Shown here piece after piece: positions 12,348-25,230 of a stretch of DNA of 64,000 nt. A model generated the notes under the pieces. The model saw only the letters and a list, made by a program, of their open reading frames with translations, was not told where the DNA came from and made no database searches. Within the stretch, counting starts at the first letter, position 1. Each line of letters begins with the position of its first letter. Origin of the DNA: Octopus sinensis (Eukaryota); assembly GCF_006345805.1 (NCBI RefSeq), contig NC_043006.1, positions 11,656,001 through 11,720,000 on the forward strand, given 5' to 3'. The translations under genes were made by a program, and so were the position numbers.

Positions 12348-12533
12348 GTCGTTAAAAGGAAATATCGGATGAAGTATTCCTGGAAGGACGTGATGATCAA
12401 GGCTGGAGTATCTTTCTATGATGATCTCAGTTCAAACAACAAACCATTATCACCAAGAACAACAGAAAAAATCACCCCCACAAACCAAAACAAAACAAAT
12501 AACGAAAAAAAAGCACCATCTTATTTTCTCTAA
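12348..12533 (+). CDS. Possible terminal exon VVKRKYRMKYSWKDVMIKAGVSFYDD...APSYFL*
   Basis: ctctttaacag| acceptor followed by 61 open codons; no upstream partner identified. Confidence 0.25.
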   Translation, partial: VVKRKYRMKYSWKDVMIKAGVSFYDDLSSNNKPLSPRTTEKITPTNQNKTNNEKKAPSYFL

Positions 12534-13499
12534 TGACAATAATCCCACCATGTTCTTTAAACATCTAAAATCCGTTGTAAAAATGTTCTTTGGAAATATA
12601 TTCACAGCAGAGGTTATACAAAAATAGACATTTATTTTCACAGTGGCATAGTAACACAGAGAACACGAGAATTAAAAGGAATTAAGAACATACAATATTT
12701 TAATACGTCTGAATTTAAGCTATCTAGATCTATGATAAGAACCTTATCTTTTGCATAATCTGAAAAATCTTTCGTGGAAAGTAGGAAAAGACAAAAATAA
12801 TTATAACGTGTTTATTACACGAGGTGACGTAAACTCGATTATTTTTAATTCCTTATACTTAACAATATGGTTTTCCTAAAATGTATTCTCCCCTATTTTG
12901 ATGGGTACATACACCATTACCTTTCCTGTTCTTATGACATTTAGAGAGAGCATTTTCAAGAAACATGAAATGAAAGAACAGCACAAAAACCGAACAAACA
13001 AAAATCTTCGATCTGCCCACATAATCCTGATATGAAATTGATTTGTGGTTGTCACTTAAAAATGATTAATTTTATTGCATTCCTCATTTTAGTAGACATT
13101 TAATAAGTAATGGACTTTAGATCATATGTAAATGACCCGAGCCGCCATTAATTCTGATAGATATCTATTGAGATAATGACTTCAATAAGATAATGCAATG
13201 TTTCAAAAATTATTAGAGAAATGAACATATATTACGCGGCTTTAATGTCGTGTAGATAAAAGATATTAAAAAAAAAATGATGTTTACCGGCTCTGTTTGG
13301 AAATTATGTAAGATTTAAGGATATCACAATATCATGTGCAGCTGGTGATAAATATCTCCTAGATTCTCCAATATGGAGGGAAAATCCATTAAAAATGTAC
13401 ACCGACACAACAAGTAGTTTCCAAATCCGTTCTTTTAAGGGAATTTCGGATAGTATTAGAGAGTAAAGAAAATACTCTATCCGAATTGTTTTTATTCAC

Positions 13500-13825
13500 A
13501 AATAATGTTGTTATATTTTGGTAGAATCATACTGCCAATAAAAGCACACGCATTGGAGATTTTTTCACTTCAGTTTCTTTATTATCAACCAATGAGATAG
13601 TTAATCTTCAGGGTTCTTTAGTCATAGCTTCTACCTTTATCAATGACTTTGTGTCTCAAAAGTACCCCATGCATGTTTACTGTTCATCTCACGCGAGTTT
13701 TTGTAATTCTTCTTTTTGATCAACAGATTGTCTAACTGATTGATAATGAAACTAAAGTGAAACATAACCAGTGCATGTATGTTTATCGGTAGTATGACCC
13801 TTCCAAAATACAACAATATAAGTTT
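13500..13825. mobile_element. Old MITE-like element
   Basis: ~55-bp diverged inverted arms at 13505-13558 and 13767-13820. Confidence 0.45.
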
Positions 13826-13930
13826 CAACAAATGATTTCATACCCACAGTCTTGCAAAGCAAACACAAAAATAAACTTTATAAATGGCATTAAATAAAAA
13901 ATAAACTGTCAATATTTCTGCAGTAACAGA

Positions 13931-14130
13931 GGGCGGCGAGTTGACAGAATCGTTAGCACGTCAGGCAAAATGCTTAGCGGACTTTATGTTCCGAGTTCAA
14001 ATTTCCTCAAGGTTGCTTTTGCTTTCATACTTTCGCAGTCGATAAAATAAGTACCTGTTGAGCACCAGGACCGATGTAATCGACTTGCACCAACGCCAAA
14101 ATTGCTGGACTTGTGCCAAAATTTGAAACC
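13931..14130 (+). mobile_element. SINE family B variant
   Basis: ggcggcgag head, central domain, ttgaaacc tail. Confidence 0.8.
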
Positions 14131-14419
14131 AATATTTCTGCAGAAATATTTTACCGTAATATATTGTAAAAGTTTACATTTTAAGTTTCGGAGATGCATT
14201 TGTCTGGGAAAGCTTTGATCTAACACCGTGTCTTGAAACTAAACCAATTCAACGTGGAAATCACACATCAGCCATTCAAAAACACAAAAACTGTTAACTT
14301 CACTTAATCATGAGTCACTTCGTATCAAAATTTTCCCTGCGCTAATTGCTACAAACTCAGTGATATTGTTCTAGAGACGAGGCCAAAGTTACTACAACAA
14401 ATATTTTTTAACTGTCTAA

Positions 14420-14544
14420 GGAGTGGGTGTGTGGTAAGTAGCTTGCTTACTAACCACATTGTCCTGGGTGTCTTCGACTATAGCCTCGGGCTGACCAAAG
14501 ACTTGTGAGTGGATTTGGTAGACGGAAACTGAAAGAGGCCCGTC

Positions 14545-14586
<42 letters not shown>

Positions 14587-14799
14587 TTTTTCCTCTCTTT
14601 GTTTCTCTCCTTGTTTTTTCTGTGTCCCTTTCTGTAGAAGAGCGTAGGCTCGAAACCTAAAAGAGTTTTTTCTATTCCTGAGCGTTATACTAATACATCT
14701 GTTTGTTTTGTACACCACCTGTCTTCGTTTTTGTTTTTTTCGTAAACTCTCCCTATATATATATTATATATATATATATATATATATCTATATATATAT

Positions 14800-14839
<40 letters not shown>

Positions 14840-15036
14840 GGTGTGTGCGTGTATGGTTGTGTGTCTGTGTTGTCCCCAACATCGTTTGACAACCGATGCT
14901 GGTGTGTTTATGTCACCGTAACTTAGAGGTTCGGCAAAAGAGACCGATAGAATAAGTCCTGGGGTCGATTTGCTCGACTAAAGGCGGTGCATCAGCATGG
15001 CCACAGTCAAATGACTGAAACAAGTAAAAGAATAAG
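14420..15036 (+). mobile_element. SINE family A split by a Penelope-like fragment
   Basis: Head 14420-14546, tail ~14838-15036. Confidence 0.85.
14585..14755 (+). mobile_element. Short Penelope-like terminal fragment inserted in the (TA)n core of a CORE-SINE
   Basis: Near-identical to 57045-57211; contains CTGTAGA A GAGC-gtag-GCTC GAAA; flanked by (TA)n. Confidence 0.65.
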
Positions 15037-17128
15037 AGATATGTGTTTTCTATGTGGTAACATTCAGAAAAAATATCATAAAAATACCTTTAAAATTTAA
15101 GTTTTTCATCCGAATATGTTTACTACATATCTATAGTTGTTACAAGTAGTTTCTCTATTAATTGTTCTTTTCAAACTATTTTTACTTTTTTTTATTTTCT
15201 CTAATATATTCCTGACAAACTGAGACAAGTTTATTTCATCGATTCATTGTAATGTCCCAGTATTTGAATAGATTGTGTACCTGATTAAGAAATCTGGAAA
15301 TTATCGCCAGAAACTAACCTCGAGTACTCAATAGGATGTTTTCTTTACAGATTACTGGTACTTTTTCATTTGCTGACAGCTAATGTATTGTTACCGTTAG
15401 TCAAAATGTAAACGGACGTTTTGACTAACAACGTTAGTTTGAATGAAAGCTAAGTACTACAATGAATAAAGATTAAAGACAAGACAATAAAGTTGGGCTA
15501 CTTCAGTTGAAGACCACTTACTTTATAACATGTGCCATTAATATATCAAAACCGAAACACACACACACACACACACACAATCGATAGTAGAGGGAATTAG
15601 GAAGTATCGTTAATCAATTCCAGTACATGACTTTAATTCCAATCTGTTAAATTAAAGGAATGAACCTTGCAATCTTTAACTTGGTAATTTTAAATTTCAA
15701 TTGAAGAGATCGCTTCATAATTAAACAAAAAGAAGACCGTGATAAACCTGTTTTGATGCCTGTATCGATACATCGAAAATCGATTTCCCAATACGTTTCT
15801 TTCTTCTTATCGGTGTTGAAACGGTTTCAAAACATGACGAAAATTCTTAAAATCGTTCGAAATGATATTATCGTACTATCAAATTGTACAAAGAACAAGA
15901 GAGATAAAACAGTTTATATTTACAAATCTACCGAATTGCTGAATTGTAATATCTTGCGGAAAACATCTTTGCAGCAAAAAAAAAAAAAAAACAAGTATTG
16001 TTATTGTTATTGTTATTGTTTAGCCCCGGTTCAGGTCTTATCTGTGAGATTTATGATCAAAAGACTTCTACCCATTTGCTACTCCACCTTATATTTTTAA
16101 TATCTGCAACTTCAATGTTCAATGTATTCCCACCGTTTTTTTTCAATGGCAAAGTGTGATTTGAGGGAGATTTGGCTGCTATCTATTGTGTTCGAGTGTT
16201 TACCTCAGGATCCCTCGCTATAGCGTGTTCCCCCCTGATGCTTGCCAATAAGAGAGCACATCCAAACACATCGAATGCAAAAAGGTATTACGATGACTTT
16301 ATTAGGACCAATATCTAGTTGTTAAATTGATAAGTAGGGACTCTCCTTTCAGAGAAAAGGGTTAAGATATATCACAGACACTGTATAGTTGATGCCCATA
16401 TATGTTATTTGAAAAATAATCATGTGATTTCAAAGTAACAAAATGTGATATAAATTATTCAAATTTCTGATTAAAATCAAAATAGTCATTGTGGTAATAA
16501 TTATACAGCAATGTATTATCAAAAGAAACATTGGTTAAAAATGAAAACAAAAACAAAACAAAATAGTTTAAGAATATGGCGATAAAAATTAAGTTAAATA
16601 TTAATCTTTTATAACTTTATTTCTAATGAAATACACTGTTTGTGTTTTAATTAATTTTGAAAGTGATAAAGAAGATGGGAGGGATTTAGGAAAAAATAAT
16701 TAATGTTTCTCATTATTAATCATAATTTAACAAAATGTTCTTTCTTACATAAAAATTATGACAGAAGAATTTAATTTAAATATCAACAGTTTAAAACAGA
16801 CGGTTTTAATATTATAGAAACAGAGGCGGTCTCAGGTGGGTTCATATCAAACGACTTATTAAATATACACACTTGAAATAAATCCCATCTGAATTTTGTA
16901 TCGTATTACCGAGTTATTTACATGAAAATACATTGATATCACTGTTGTGACGTTCTCAGTTTGAATACATGCATAATGATATTAGATAAAACGTACAGAC
17001 ATCAAGATGAAAACGCACATAACAAATATTAGCAGTATAACAACAACAAAAAAAGAATTCAAGTTCTAGGCATCAACATTTACATTTCATAGATTTTAAC
17101 ATCTTAATATGAATATATGAACGAAGAC

Positions 17129-17532
17129 TGCGAGCTGGCAGAACCGATAAGACGCCAGACAAAAAATGCTTAGCAGTGTTTCGTCCATCTTTACGTTCTG
17201 AGTTCAGATTCCACTGAGGTCGACTTTGCCTTTCATTCTTTTCGGGATCGATAAAACAAGTACCAGTTGAGTACTGCGGTCGATATAATCAACTTAACCT
17301 CTCCTCTCTCGAAATTGCTGGTCTTGTGTCGAAAATTTGAAACCAATACAAATGTATTAAATAAAGCAGGACTAAAAGCTATGCAGCATTTCGTCTTTCT
17401 GTACGTTCTGAGTTCAAATTCTACCAAGGTCGACTTTGCCCTTCTTTCTTTTAGCGTCGATAAAATAAGTATCAGTTGAGCACTAGATGCGATGTGATCG
17501 AAATTGCTGACTTTTTGCCAAAATTTGAAGCC
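17129..17532 (+). mobile_element. Two tandem SINE B variant copies
   Basis: 17129-17345 and partial ~17370-17532. Confidence 0.8.
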
Positions 17533-17554
17533 AATAATTTCTTTATATATATAT

Positions 17555-17947
17555 ATATTAATTTATATATAGAGGGCATTATTACACATAAATGCCTCAC
17601 GCTAAGAGGGACATCAGTCATTTCTACCAAAAATTTTACTAATCATACCCAATGCAATTTTTCAAAGCAAGACATTTAAAAAATGAATTTAGTCTTATAT
17701 CACCTGTGATTAAGACTAAATTCAATAATCAATAATCGTATCACATCAATAATCAATAATCGTATTTCAACTTGGTATTCGGGTATCAACTTGGTATTCG
17801 GGTATAAGACTAAGTTCATTTTTTAAATGTCTTGCTTTGAAAAATTGCATTGGGTATGATTAGTAAAATTTTTGGTAGAAATGACTGATGTCCCTCTTAG
17901 CGTGAGGCATTTATGTGTAAAAATGCCCTCTATATATAAATTAATAT
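17555..17947. repeat. Near-perfect inverted repeat (~145-bp arms) with 103-bp stuttered spacer
   Basis: Arms 17555-17699 and 17803-17947 differ at 2 positions. Confidence 0.95.
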
Positions 17948-19129
17948 GTTCAATAAGAAAGAATTATTTTCGAAATTTTTCTCTTATGAGGTTTTTCACG
18001 CTATCTACCTGATAATTTCTTGTTAAGATTCCTTATTAAGAAGTTATCCTTAATTGTTAAATTATATATATATATATATATATATGCACATGAGTAAAAT
18101 TATTTAGGTGATATTTCTCGCACAGTTAACATGAAAGGTAGTCTATGAACATGACTGCTAGAGCGTTAGGCAACTTGTTTGTTATTGTTTCGCTTCTTTA
18201 CATTCTGTGTTCAAATCTAGCCAAGGTCAACTTTGGTTTATATCTTTTCGAGGTTAATAAAATAAACAACCAGTTAAATACTACGGTCAGTGGTGCTCCG
18301 ACTTATACAATTCCTTCGAATCTGGTTTTCTGGTGCTCAAGTCAGAAATCATTGTCCCGGCTTCTTGCACCTCGGAATTAATACATTTTAATATGGTCTG
18401 CTTATAGGTGAATGAGAGAATGTTTTGGCGTGTGCATGTGTGTGTTGGTGATGATATAGGGTGTTACGCATCAATAATCGTATCTCAACTTGGTACTCGG
18501 GCATCATACTAACATAACGTATGATGACACATCGTTAGTCATTTATAACGAGCCCCGCACGTGACTGGTATTTTATATTATCGATCCAGGAGGGAGGAAA
18601 AGTAAAATCGATCACTGCTGGTTTTAAATTCAGTACGTAAAGAGCCAAAAAGAAATACAGTAAGATATTTTCTCTAACATTTTATCAAGTCTACCGACCC
18701 ATCGCCCTATAAAAATTTTCAATGTATACACAAGGCTACATATTTTGCTAGGAGGATTTAGTCGACCTCAGCAATATTTGAACTCAGAACGTAAAGATGG
18801 ACGATATGCCGCTAAGCATTTTGTGTGGCGTGTTGTCGGTTCGCAACCTTCGTTCGAAGCTTAACTCATGAATTACTTTATTGGACATCGGATGGATGGG
18901 AGGTAAAGTTAATCCCAAAGCAATTTGAGCTTTGAACTTAACTAATACTGTAATAGATTTTAACTTGCGCCCGAACGCCACAGCCAATTCTTACAAAGAT
19001 ATTATGTTCAAGAGCAATAAAGTTGATAAGTGCAATTTTATGTAACCAAACCATTAGTTTACGTATTACAATGAATTCATGCCGATGATATACATATACA
19101 TACACAAACACATACATATAGATAAGTAT

Positions 19130-19174
<45 letters not shown>

Positions 19175-19200
19175 TATATACATACATACACATACATGCA

Positions 19201-20058
19201 TACAGGGTATGATGGGTAAATTGTCACCATGTTATACTTTTTATTTTGCGCATGCGCATTGTTTTTTATTTTATTTTCTCAAAAACACACCACAGTAGGG
19301 TCAATTGGGCACCATGACGCAAATCACTCTGCCAGAAATTTGGAAACGACATGCTGTACTGCTTGGCATTCGCGCCGGATGCTCCAATACGAACATTTCA
19401 GAGTGTTTGGATGTCAATCTGAGTGTTTGCCGTGTCCCAAAACAAGAGCGATAAAAATCAAACATCCAATCAACATCATGGTGTTAGAAGTGGTCACTAG
19501 TACTGGTGACGTTATTCCTCCATTCGCCTTCCCACATGGCATCAGATTCAACACGGCGGCCTACATCAAGTGCCTGGAGGAGGTAGTGCTATTTTGGGTC
19601 AAGAGAGTGGCTGCTGGAAAGACCTATGTCTGGCAACAGGGCTCTGCACCATGCTACACAAGCAAGAGAATCCAGTCATGGTTGTCAGAGACAATTTCTG
19701 TGATCACATCATCCCTAACATCTGGCCACCTAACTCCCTAGACTGCAGCCCTCTTGATTATTATGTGTGGGGCACAGTTGAACGGGAGAGCAACAAAACT
19801 CCTTGTAACACCAAAGATGAACTGAAGGCAAGGATTATGGCAGTATTCACCAACCTAAACAAGGAGAGCGTCCAAAAGAATTGAAGGAGATTCCGAAGTC
19901 ATCTGAAGTCCGTCGTTGAAGACAATGGCGATTTTATTCAATAAATTTACTCTTTAGTATTTCAAGATAATTTTGGTAAATATGTGTTAAAGTAAGGTGT
20001 CAGTGTTGTTTTCATTTTTATGTAATTTAGACGACACTTTGTTCACCGCACTCTGTGT
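19201..20058 (+). mobile_element. Tc1/mariner DD37D (maT-like) transposase remnant, frameshifted
   Basis: YVWQQG(=D)SAPC and WPPNSLDCSPLDYYVWG motifs with 37 residues between the acidic positions across one frameshift; TIRs only weakly similar. Confidence 0.8.
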
Positions 20059-20164
20059 ATATATATGTGTGTATATACATATACCTTTGAAACTACAATG
20101 CATGCTTACAAAATGTCTAAGACAGAGTTACACACAGATACATTCATAGGTTTACAAATAAATA

Positions 20165-20191
20165 ATAATATTGATGATGATGATGATGACG

Positions 20192-20240
<49 letters not shown>

Positions 20241-20297
20241 CAACAACAACAACAACAACACAACAACAATAATAATAATAATAATAATAATAATAAT
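20165..20297. repeat. (GAT)/(AAT)/(AAC) trinucleotide tract just 3' of the exon 20308 donor
   Basis: Direct inspection. Confidence 0.95.
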
Positions 20298-20307
20298 CCA
20301 TACTTAC

Positions 20308-20794
20308 TGATTTATGTTTTCCAGTCGTAAATCGATATCGTTTAGAGATTGAATGTTGCCTTTTTCTGGATAATGATGGATCTCGAAGTCTAAGCCGACA
20401 AACTTGTTCATTGGCCCGGCACTTGACGATGACTTGGGTGTGTAGGAGGTTCCGCTGGAATCCAGAGGGGATGGACCTGGAGGGTGAGGGACATGTGGAG
20501 AATCCAATAAATGTTCAGACTTTACAGGCTGGCGGCCCTGTCCCAACTGGGACATTCTGCTGGTGTCCACCGTTTTGGACGTCTTGTCAACAGACTGCTG
20601 ACCTCCACTCCCAGAACACCCCTGTTCGTGACTGCTACTGGAGGGAGTCTGCTGTTGATGTACTTGTTGTAGAAGTTGTTGATGGTGATGGTGATATGGT
20701 AGTTGTTGGTGATGGTGTGGTTTTGCTTGTTGTTTTATAGGTTGTGCTTTGTGGTCTCGTCCTTTTACGGACGATACAATGCCTGCCACTGCGC
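20308..20794 (-). CDS. Internal coding exon of an uncharacterised protein: Q/H/S/P-rich low-complexity region ending GLDFEIHHYPEKGNIQSLNDIDLRLENIN
   Basis: Acceptor ctttttgtag|GC and a perfect donor CA|gtaagt. The exon is 487 nt and fully open (phase 1 in, phase 2 out), with elevated GC. Confidence 0.85.
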
Positions 20795-20998
20795 CTACAA
20801 AAAGTTGTGGAGCATGCTTAAGAGTTTTGGTAAAAACTCTGCAGGTATAAGTAACACTATCTAACGTGACTGTATGTCGGCGTGGCTACTAACGTCATCG
20901 CAATATCCACATAGTTACTAACATTCGCAAATTTATTCTCCCCGAATCACGCGCACGACCTACATCTAACGTTCAACCTAAGAACAAATATATGCATA

Positions 20999-21029
<31 letters not shown>

Positions 21030-21387
21030 TATATATATTTTGTATGCATATATATATTCACACATAGAAATATATATATATGTATATATATATATATAAT
21101 ATATATTATATATATATATATAAAATATATATATGTTGTAGACGCATATATTTAAATATACATATACATACGTATATATATACACACACACATATGTATA
21201 TATACATATATACACACATATATATATATGTCCTTACATATATATATTTTGTTTTGCATATTATATATATAATCTATATATACATAGACATATATATATA
21301 TGAATATGTATGTATAAATATATATAATATATATATATATATGTTTGTAGACGCATATATGTAAATATACATACATACATACATACA

Positions 21388-21423
<36 letters not shown>

Positions 21424-22445
21424 TATATTTTTTTATACGCATTTATTTTCAATAAATAATTTATATACACAAATTTTTCGCAAACGTGCATATTCTAAGA
21501 TTTATTAATGAAAGACATAGAGAGAAGTTAAGTACTAAACGCGCACTGTCACACGTACATAGGCCTCTCGATATTACACTTCATAAATAATATTTATATA
21601 CCTCATTCTAATACAAACCTACAGAGGTGCCGACGCACAGTTACATATAAACACATACACACTTGTAAGAACTACACATGTATATTTGGGATACAGCTCT
21701 TTATTTAACCATGTTTAATTAACTTGCTCAAGAGAAAAATGTTTATGAAACACCTTCATGTTGAATCGTTCATATTTTCTTCCGGCATATCAGTTTTAGT
21801 GAGTAGCGATGCCTAAGTTATTGGTCGAGCTTTCAGCTTCTTCAGGAAACAACATCACAGTGAAGAGAGAATTATTAATTATATTAAAGTGTTAGTTTCA
21901 GATGAATTAGTATTCTAACAAATAATGTCTAACCGTTAACGTAAACTACGAAACTAACACCATTTATACTTTGTACCTTTGTTCCAACGTATAATCAACG
22001 CATTAAATTCTTGAAGCACAAACCAAAATGAAATCGATGAAATACTATAACATATTAAAACAACCTCTAGTCAGGTCGTATATTATCAAACTATGGAAGC
22101 TGAAAACTCTACCATATGTTCATCACTACTTATTTTAAAATCAATATAATGTCTCTCTCACCAGACGTTTGCAGAACCATTAGAAGTTGTGATCGGCTCA
22201 TTATTAAACAGGTTAATAGAAGCTCTACTCGCGAATTTAAACCGCTTCTCACATGTTTATCATATCAGAATAATACTTCGAAAGCGAAAACAAGGAAGAA
22301 CACACGAAGTATTATATGCAAATCAATACCGATTAATAGTATTTATCACTGCAATCTTAGCTATTATGTCCATCATGATCATATATATAATATATATAGA
22401 ACATATATATATATTATATGATATATATAAATAATATATATATAT

Positions 22446-22476
<31 letters not shown>

Positions 22477-22794
22477 ATAATGTATATAACGTATGTAAGT
22501 ATGTATGTATTCGTCGTTGAATTGTGGTCTTTATATTTATACAACTAGGAGTTTTTCATGATTCTAGTTATAACAACCTGAAGATGAAAAGGTATAGTAA
22601 ATTATATATAATGGTGAGTGTATATAATTCTATTTGAAAATTTACGACCACTTTCATGTTACTCTTAGACTGTTAGCAGAGTTGCATTATATACATTACG
22701 CATGTGTTCATATATATATATATATATATAGATTTATATATATATTTATGTATCTATATGTTACTCTGTGTGTTTGTGCATGTGCGTATAGATT

Positions 22795-22828
<34 letters not shown>

Positions 22829-22950
22829 CAAAGTGGAGTTGTAAGGTACCGCATGAGTGGAATTATATATGAAGAATGTTGAAAATGCAATTTTAAAAGA
22901 TGTTTATTTACTTTACCGGTTCACTTTTGAAAAAGATTGTCAAGAGCAAC

Positions 22951-23028
<78 letters not shown>

Positions 23029-23589
23029 GTATATATATACGCACATGCACAAACACACACTGTAACACATGTTTGGCTTGTTTCCTTGAACTGCTAAACA
23101 ATATTATTTATTTTACACACATAGTTTCAACCCTCTGATCCTCCGTCTATCTTCTTTTGACTTGTCGATAACTACAACGATTAATTCTAACTAAGCAATA
23201 ACTGAAATATATGTCAAGAAACAATGCTATCATGAAAAAATAACATAAAAAACTAATTCAACTAATTGAAATAAATTTCTGAATGTGATACTAATTTAAT
23301 TGAATCCACTGAGTAATTATAATAAATTAAAATCAAAGATTATACCCCAAATAAGGAAAGCCAATTATCTGAATATTTAACTCTGGTCAAGAAAAACAGG
23401 GGAGATAAACACTGAAATTCAATTAAGTTACTGAGGTGCACTTGCCAAGCAAATGATTTGATCAGATTTGATTGTGTGTTGAAACGAAAACGACTGCAAC
23501 GTGGAAGATACATGTTAACCATTCAGAAACACATAACGGTTGTTAACTTCAGTGAGACATTTTTTTGTTAGTGATATGGTGTGAAAGCC

Positions 23590-23687
23590 TTCGTCGCTCG
23601 AAATTGTGACCTAGGCACTGACACGTTACACTTCATCACATACAGTGTAAAGTTGTTAGTGAAAAGGTCGCAGTTTCGAGCGACGAA
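23590..23687. other. Hairpin / mini fold-back element
   Basis: ttcgtcgctcgaaattgtgacct pairs with aggtcgcagtttcgagcgacgaa, plus an inner imperfect stem. Confidence 0.8.
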
Positions 23688-24481
23688 AATTTATAAGTTA
23701 TAATTCATTAAAAATAGGTTACAGTAGTGATTTCTGGCAGTACGTTGAAAACTTCGGAGTGTTATGTTCTTACACTCATCAATAAAACTAATCGTGACAG
23801 TTAGTTACTGCAGAACTTAGATGACAAGGAATACACCATTTCTGTGAATAAACACTGAGTTTATTTGTAGCTTAAATGAAAGACTTCAAGGTACGACATA
23901 ACGACACCTACAAAATACGATTAATAAAGTTGTATAAATTGCTCATAAAGCCATAAAGCTAGCTGGTGTAGAAGCAATTAGTTCTACACCAACTAACTTT
24001 ATGGATTTACAGTCAAAGGGGGTATAACTCTAATTAACTCCCTTTTTCCTTTCTTTTTCTGTTTTTCACCCTTCCACTTGTGGCATTCAACATCCCCTGT
24101 GTTTTTTTTTCTCGTGATTTCATTTGTTCTAATGTCATGGTTTATAACTTGTACAGGCCATGTGCTCAGAGCCCGAGTTTGCTCACATCAGGTCAGGTGC
24201 GTTATTAAAATCTGCCAAGACAACATCTCCAACTAGTAGTAGCTCATAACATATATTGTGTACATTAATATATATATATATATTTATATATATATATATA
24301 TATAAACATATATATATATATATATACATATATTATCATATATATTATATATCTATATATATATAAACATATATATTTATATATACATATATATAATACA
24401 AATATATATACTAGATATATATATATATATACTATATATATATATATATAACATATTACATATATACATACACATATATAT

Positions 24482-24542
<61 letters not shown>

Positions 24543-25039
24543 CATATACATATCTATATATGTATATATATATACATAATATATATGTATGTATTTATTG
24601 AATGTGCTAGTGTGAGTATGTGTCTGAGAAAGAGAGAGAGAGAGATTGAGTAAGAGATAAATAGGGATAGCTAGATAGAGAAAGAGAGAGAGAGAGAGCA
24701 AACTGCAAGAAAATCCTTACGAACTAGTATTTTTTTTTTTATAATTACACAATTTAACTTGGGTGTATAAAGTAAACAAAAATGTTCTGTGTTCAGATAA
24801 TAACAATCTGAATAGTTTTGGCGCTAATGAACATTCCATCAGAGATTAGTTGTTGACTTCACAAGGAGAATTTTAGTTTAAAGCTATGTATAGTATATAT
24901 AAATTCGCACAGAATTAAATTAGTCTACCTAATTCGCATAAATATTTGCACTGTTATGCCAATTAGGCAGATAATTTATATGCATCATAAGTTGTAAAAT
25001 GAGCTGTACTGAAATATTACTTTCAAAATTTGGCCCAAG

Positions 25040-25230
25040 ACCAACATGTTCGAGGAAGCGGATATGTCGATTATATCGAATCCAGTGTTCAACTGTTACT
25101 TATTTTAGTGAATCCGAAAGGATGAAAGCAAAGTCGACCTCGGCGGGATTTGAACTCAGAACCTAAAGACGGACGAAATGCCGCTAAGCATTTTGTTCAG
25201 AGCACAAACGATTCTGCCAGCTCCCCTCCT
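25040..25230 (-). mobile_element. SINE family B variant
   Basis: Reverse-complement central domain and head. Confidence 0.8.

Noticed and set aside
17700-17802. Short repeat units resembling a CRISPR-like array (also 59969-60068)
   Set aside because: Contiguous tandem copies with no unique spacers, eukaryotic context and no cas genes.
21826-21850. Minus-strand CTGAAGA AGCT-gaa-AGCT CGA
   Set aside because: The GAAA core is missing (CGACC); at most a decayed relic.
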